Shown: positions 50,934 to 52,470 of the stretch, piece by piece | Numbering within the stretch: the stretch's first letter is position 1 | Layout of the letters: every line of letters begins with the position of its first letter | From: Bacteroidales bacterium | Lineage (GTDB): Bacteria; Bacteroidota; Bacteroidia; Bacteroidales; UBA7960 | DNA: 52,470 nucleotides | Assembly (NCBI GenBank): GCA_003567625.1 | Contig: PWZB01000181.1 | Coordinates: forward strand, 1 to 52,470 | Direction: 5' to 3' | Made by a program: the position numbers and the translations under genes | Notes under the pieces: model-generated | What the model was told of the DNA's origin: nothing | What the model saw: the letters and a program-made list of their open reading frames with translations, nothing else | The model's database searches: none

Positions 50934-52322
50934 ATGTTTGATAAAACCACATACATTAACAGACGCGAAAAGCTGAAACAAAAAGTTAAAGATGGTATAA
51001 TTCTTCTTCCCGGCAACGACCACTCTCCGATGAATTATGCAGGAAACACTTATAGATTCAGACAAGACAGCTCGTTCTTATATTTTTTCGGGCTTGATAT
51101 TCCCGGGCTGGCAGGCATAATTGATGTCAACAACAACGAAGATACGCTGTTTGGAGATGATGCCACCCTTGATGATATTGTCTGGATGGGCCCGCAGCCA
51201 TCACTGAAAGAGAATGGTGAAAAAGCCGGGATAAAAAAAACATTTCCCTTAAAAGAACTTTCCGCCAAACTACGTGAAGCTGTCAGCAAGAAACGCGCCA
51301 TACATTACCTTCCGCCATACAGAGGTGAAAACAAGATCCTTCTTTATCGATTACTGAACATACCGATCAATGAGCAAAAGGAAAAAGCTTCCGCCGGGCT
51401 TATCAAAGGTGTGGTAAGTTTACGCTCAATAAAGGAAAACCAGGAGATAAAAGAGCTGGAAAGAGCAATGGACACCGCATACCTGATGCATACCACAGCT
51501 ATGAAAATGGCCAGGCCCGGAGTTTTTGAAGGGGATATTGCAGGGGTAATTGAAGGCATTGCCCTTTCCTCGGGTACAATGACATCCTTTCCCGTTATAC
51601 TGACAAAACACGGCGAAACACTTCATAATCACGATCATAGCAACAAACTCGAAAAAGGCGATCTTCTGCTCGTGGATGCAGGCTGCGAATCGCCATTGCA
51701 CTATGCTACCGACCATACCAGGACAATACCGGTCGGCGGAAAATTTTCCCCGCTGCAAAAAGATATCTATCAGATAGTGCTCGATTCCCAAATAAAAGCT
51801 ATTCAATCAATAAAACCGGGTATTACCAATCTGGACATCCATATTAAAGCTTGCGAAGTAATAGCTTCGGGGCTTAATGACCTGGGGTTTATGAAAGGAG
51901 ATGTAAAACAAGCAGTCGAACAAGGCGCACACGCCCTGTTCATGCCCCACGGGCTTGGGCATATGATTGGGCTCGACGCACATGATATGGAAGACCTCGG
52001 CGAAAACTTTGTCGGATACAACAATGAAGTGAAAAGAAAAAATATTTTCGGAACAGGCAACCTGCGCCTCGCCAAAAAACTACAGGAAGGATTTGTAATT
52101 ACAGTTGAACCCGGAATATATATCATCCCGCAACTTATACAAAAATGGGAAAAAGAAAAAAAGTTCACAGAGTTCATTGATTATGAAAAAACAAAATCCT
52201 GCATCGGCTTCGGAGGAATACGTATTGAAGACGATATACTGGTTACTGAAGACGGCTGCCGTGTACTCGGAAAACCAATCCCAAAATCCGTGGAAGAAGT
52301 GGAAAATATAGTACAAGGCTAA
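50934..52322 (+). CDS. pepP: Xaa-Pro aminopeptidase (M24B)
   Basis: FRQDSSFLY, LLVDAG, TDHTRT, HGLGHMIGLDAHD, TVEPGIY and GGIRIEDD. Confidence 0.92.
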   Translation: MFDKTTYINRREKLKQKVKDGIILLPGNDHSPMNYAGNTYRFRQDSSFLYFFGLDIPGLAGIIDVNNNEDTLFGDDATLDDIVWMGPQPSLKENGEKAGIKKTFPLKELSAKLREAVSKKRAIHYLPPYRGENKILLYRLLNIPINEQKEKASAGLIKGVVSLRSIKENQEIKELERAMDTAYLMHTTAMKMARPGVFEGDIAGVIEGIALSSGTMTSFPVILTKHGETLHNHDHSNKLEKGDLLLVDAGCESPLHYATDHTRTIPVGGKFSPLQKDIYQIVLDSQIKAIQSIKPGITNLDIHIKACEVIASGLNDLGFMKGDVKQAVEQGAHALFMPHGLGHMIGLDAHDMEDLGENFVGYNNEVKRKNIFGTGNLRLAKKLQEGFVITVEPGIYIIPQLIQKWEKEKKFTEFIDYEKTKSCIGFGGIRIEDDILVTEDGCRVLGKPIPKSVEEVENIVQG

Positions 52323-52329
52323 TTAATGT

Positions 52330-52470
52330 CTGTCTATAAAGTCGAACATTTATCTATAATTGAATAATGAACCGAACGTGCCGACCAACGGGAGACCACG
52401 ACCGAAGGGAGTAACATTGTGAGCTCGTGAACACCTAATAAATTATATAATATGTGAACAAATAACAAAA
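52330..52470. mobile_element. Left end of a further copy of the composite repeat element (truncated by the window end)
   Basis: 52419-52464 is a 46/46 reverse complement of 47948-47993, and 52330-52377 matches 47997-48046. Confidence 0.75.

Overview
AT-rich chromosomal window from a Bacteroidota (probably Bacteroidales-like, non-Bacteroides) genome. It carries housekeeping genes (rlmN, ruvB, queG, rbfA, recG, class I fumarase, sdhCAB, Xaa-Pro aminopeptidase, polyprenyl synthase, tryptophanase, mntP) and a complete porP-porK/gldK-porL/gldL-porM/gldM-porN/gldN type IX secretion (T9SS) core operon. About 5 kb downstream of that operon is a tandem array of four T9SS cargo proteases: one Lys-gingipain-like C25, one S8 subtilase and two Arg-gingipain-like C25 paralogs. 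All four sit on the same stalk of 2-3 very acidic 73-74 aa Ig-like repeats plus a T9SS C-terminal domain, and these tails show DNA-level exchange between unrelated protease families. The intergenic DNA holds a family of nested non-autonomous repeat elements: a conserved heptamer-armed hairpin core at about 7.5, 22.1 and 47.9 kb, a related arm at 52.4 kb, different outer inverted repeats, and two MITEs with clear target-site duplications. A 24-codon Tyr/Phe-rich ORF precedes tryptophanase, and several genes look leaderless. No rRNA, tRNA, CRISPR array or transposase was seen. All family calls come from motif recognition by eye, not from database searches.
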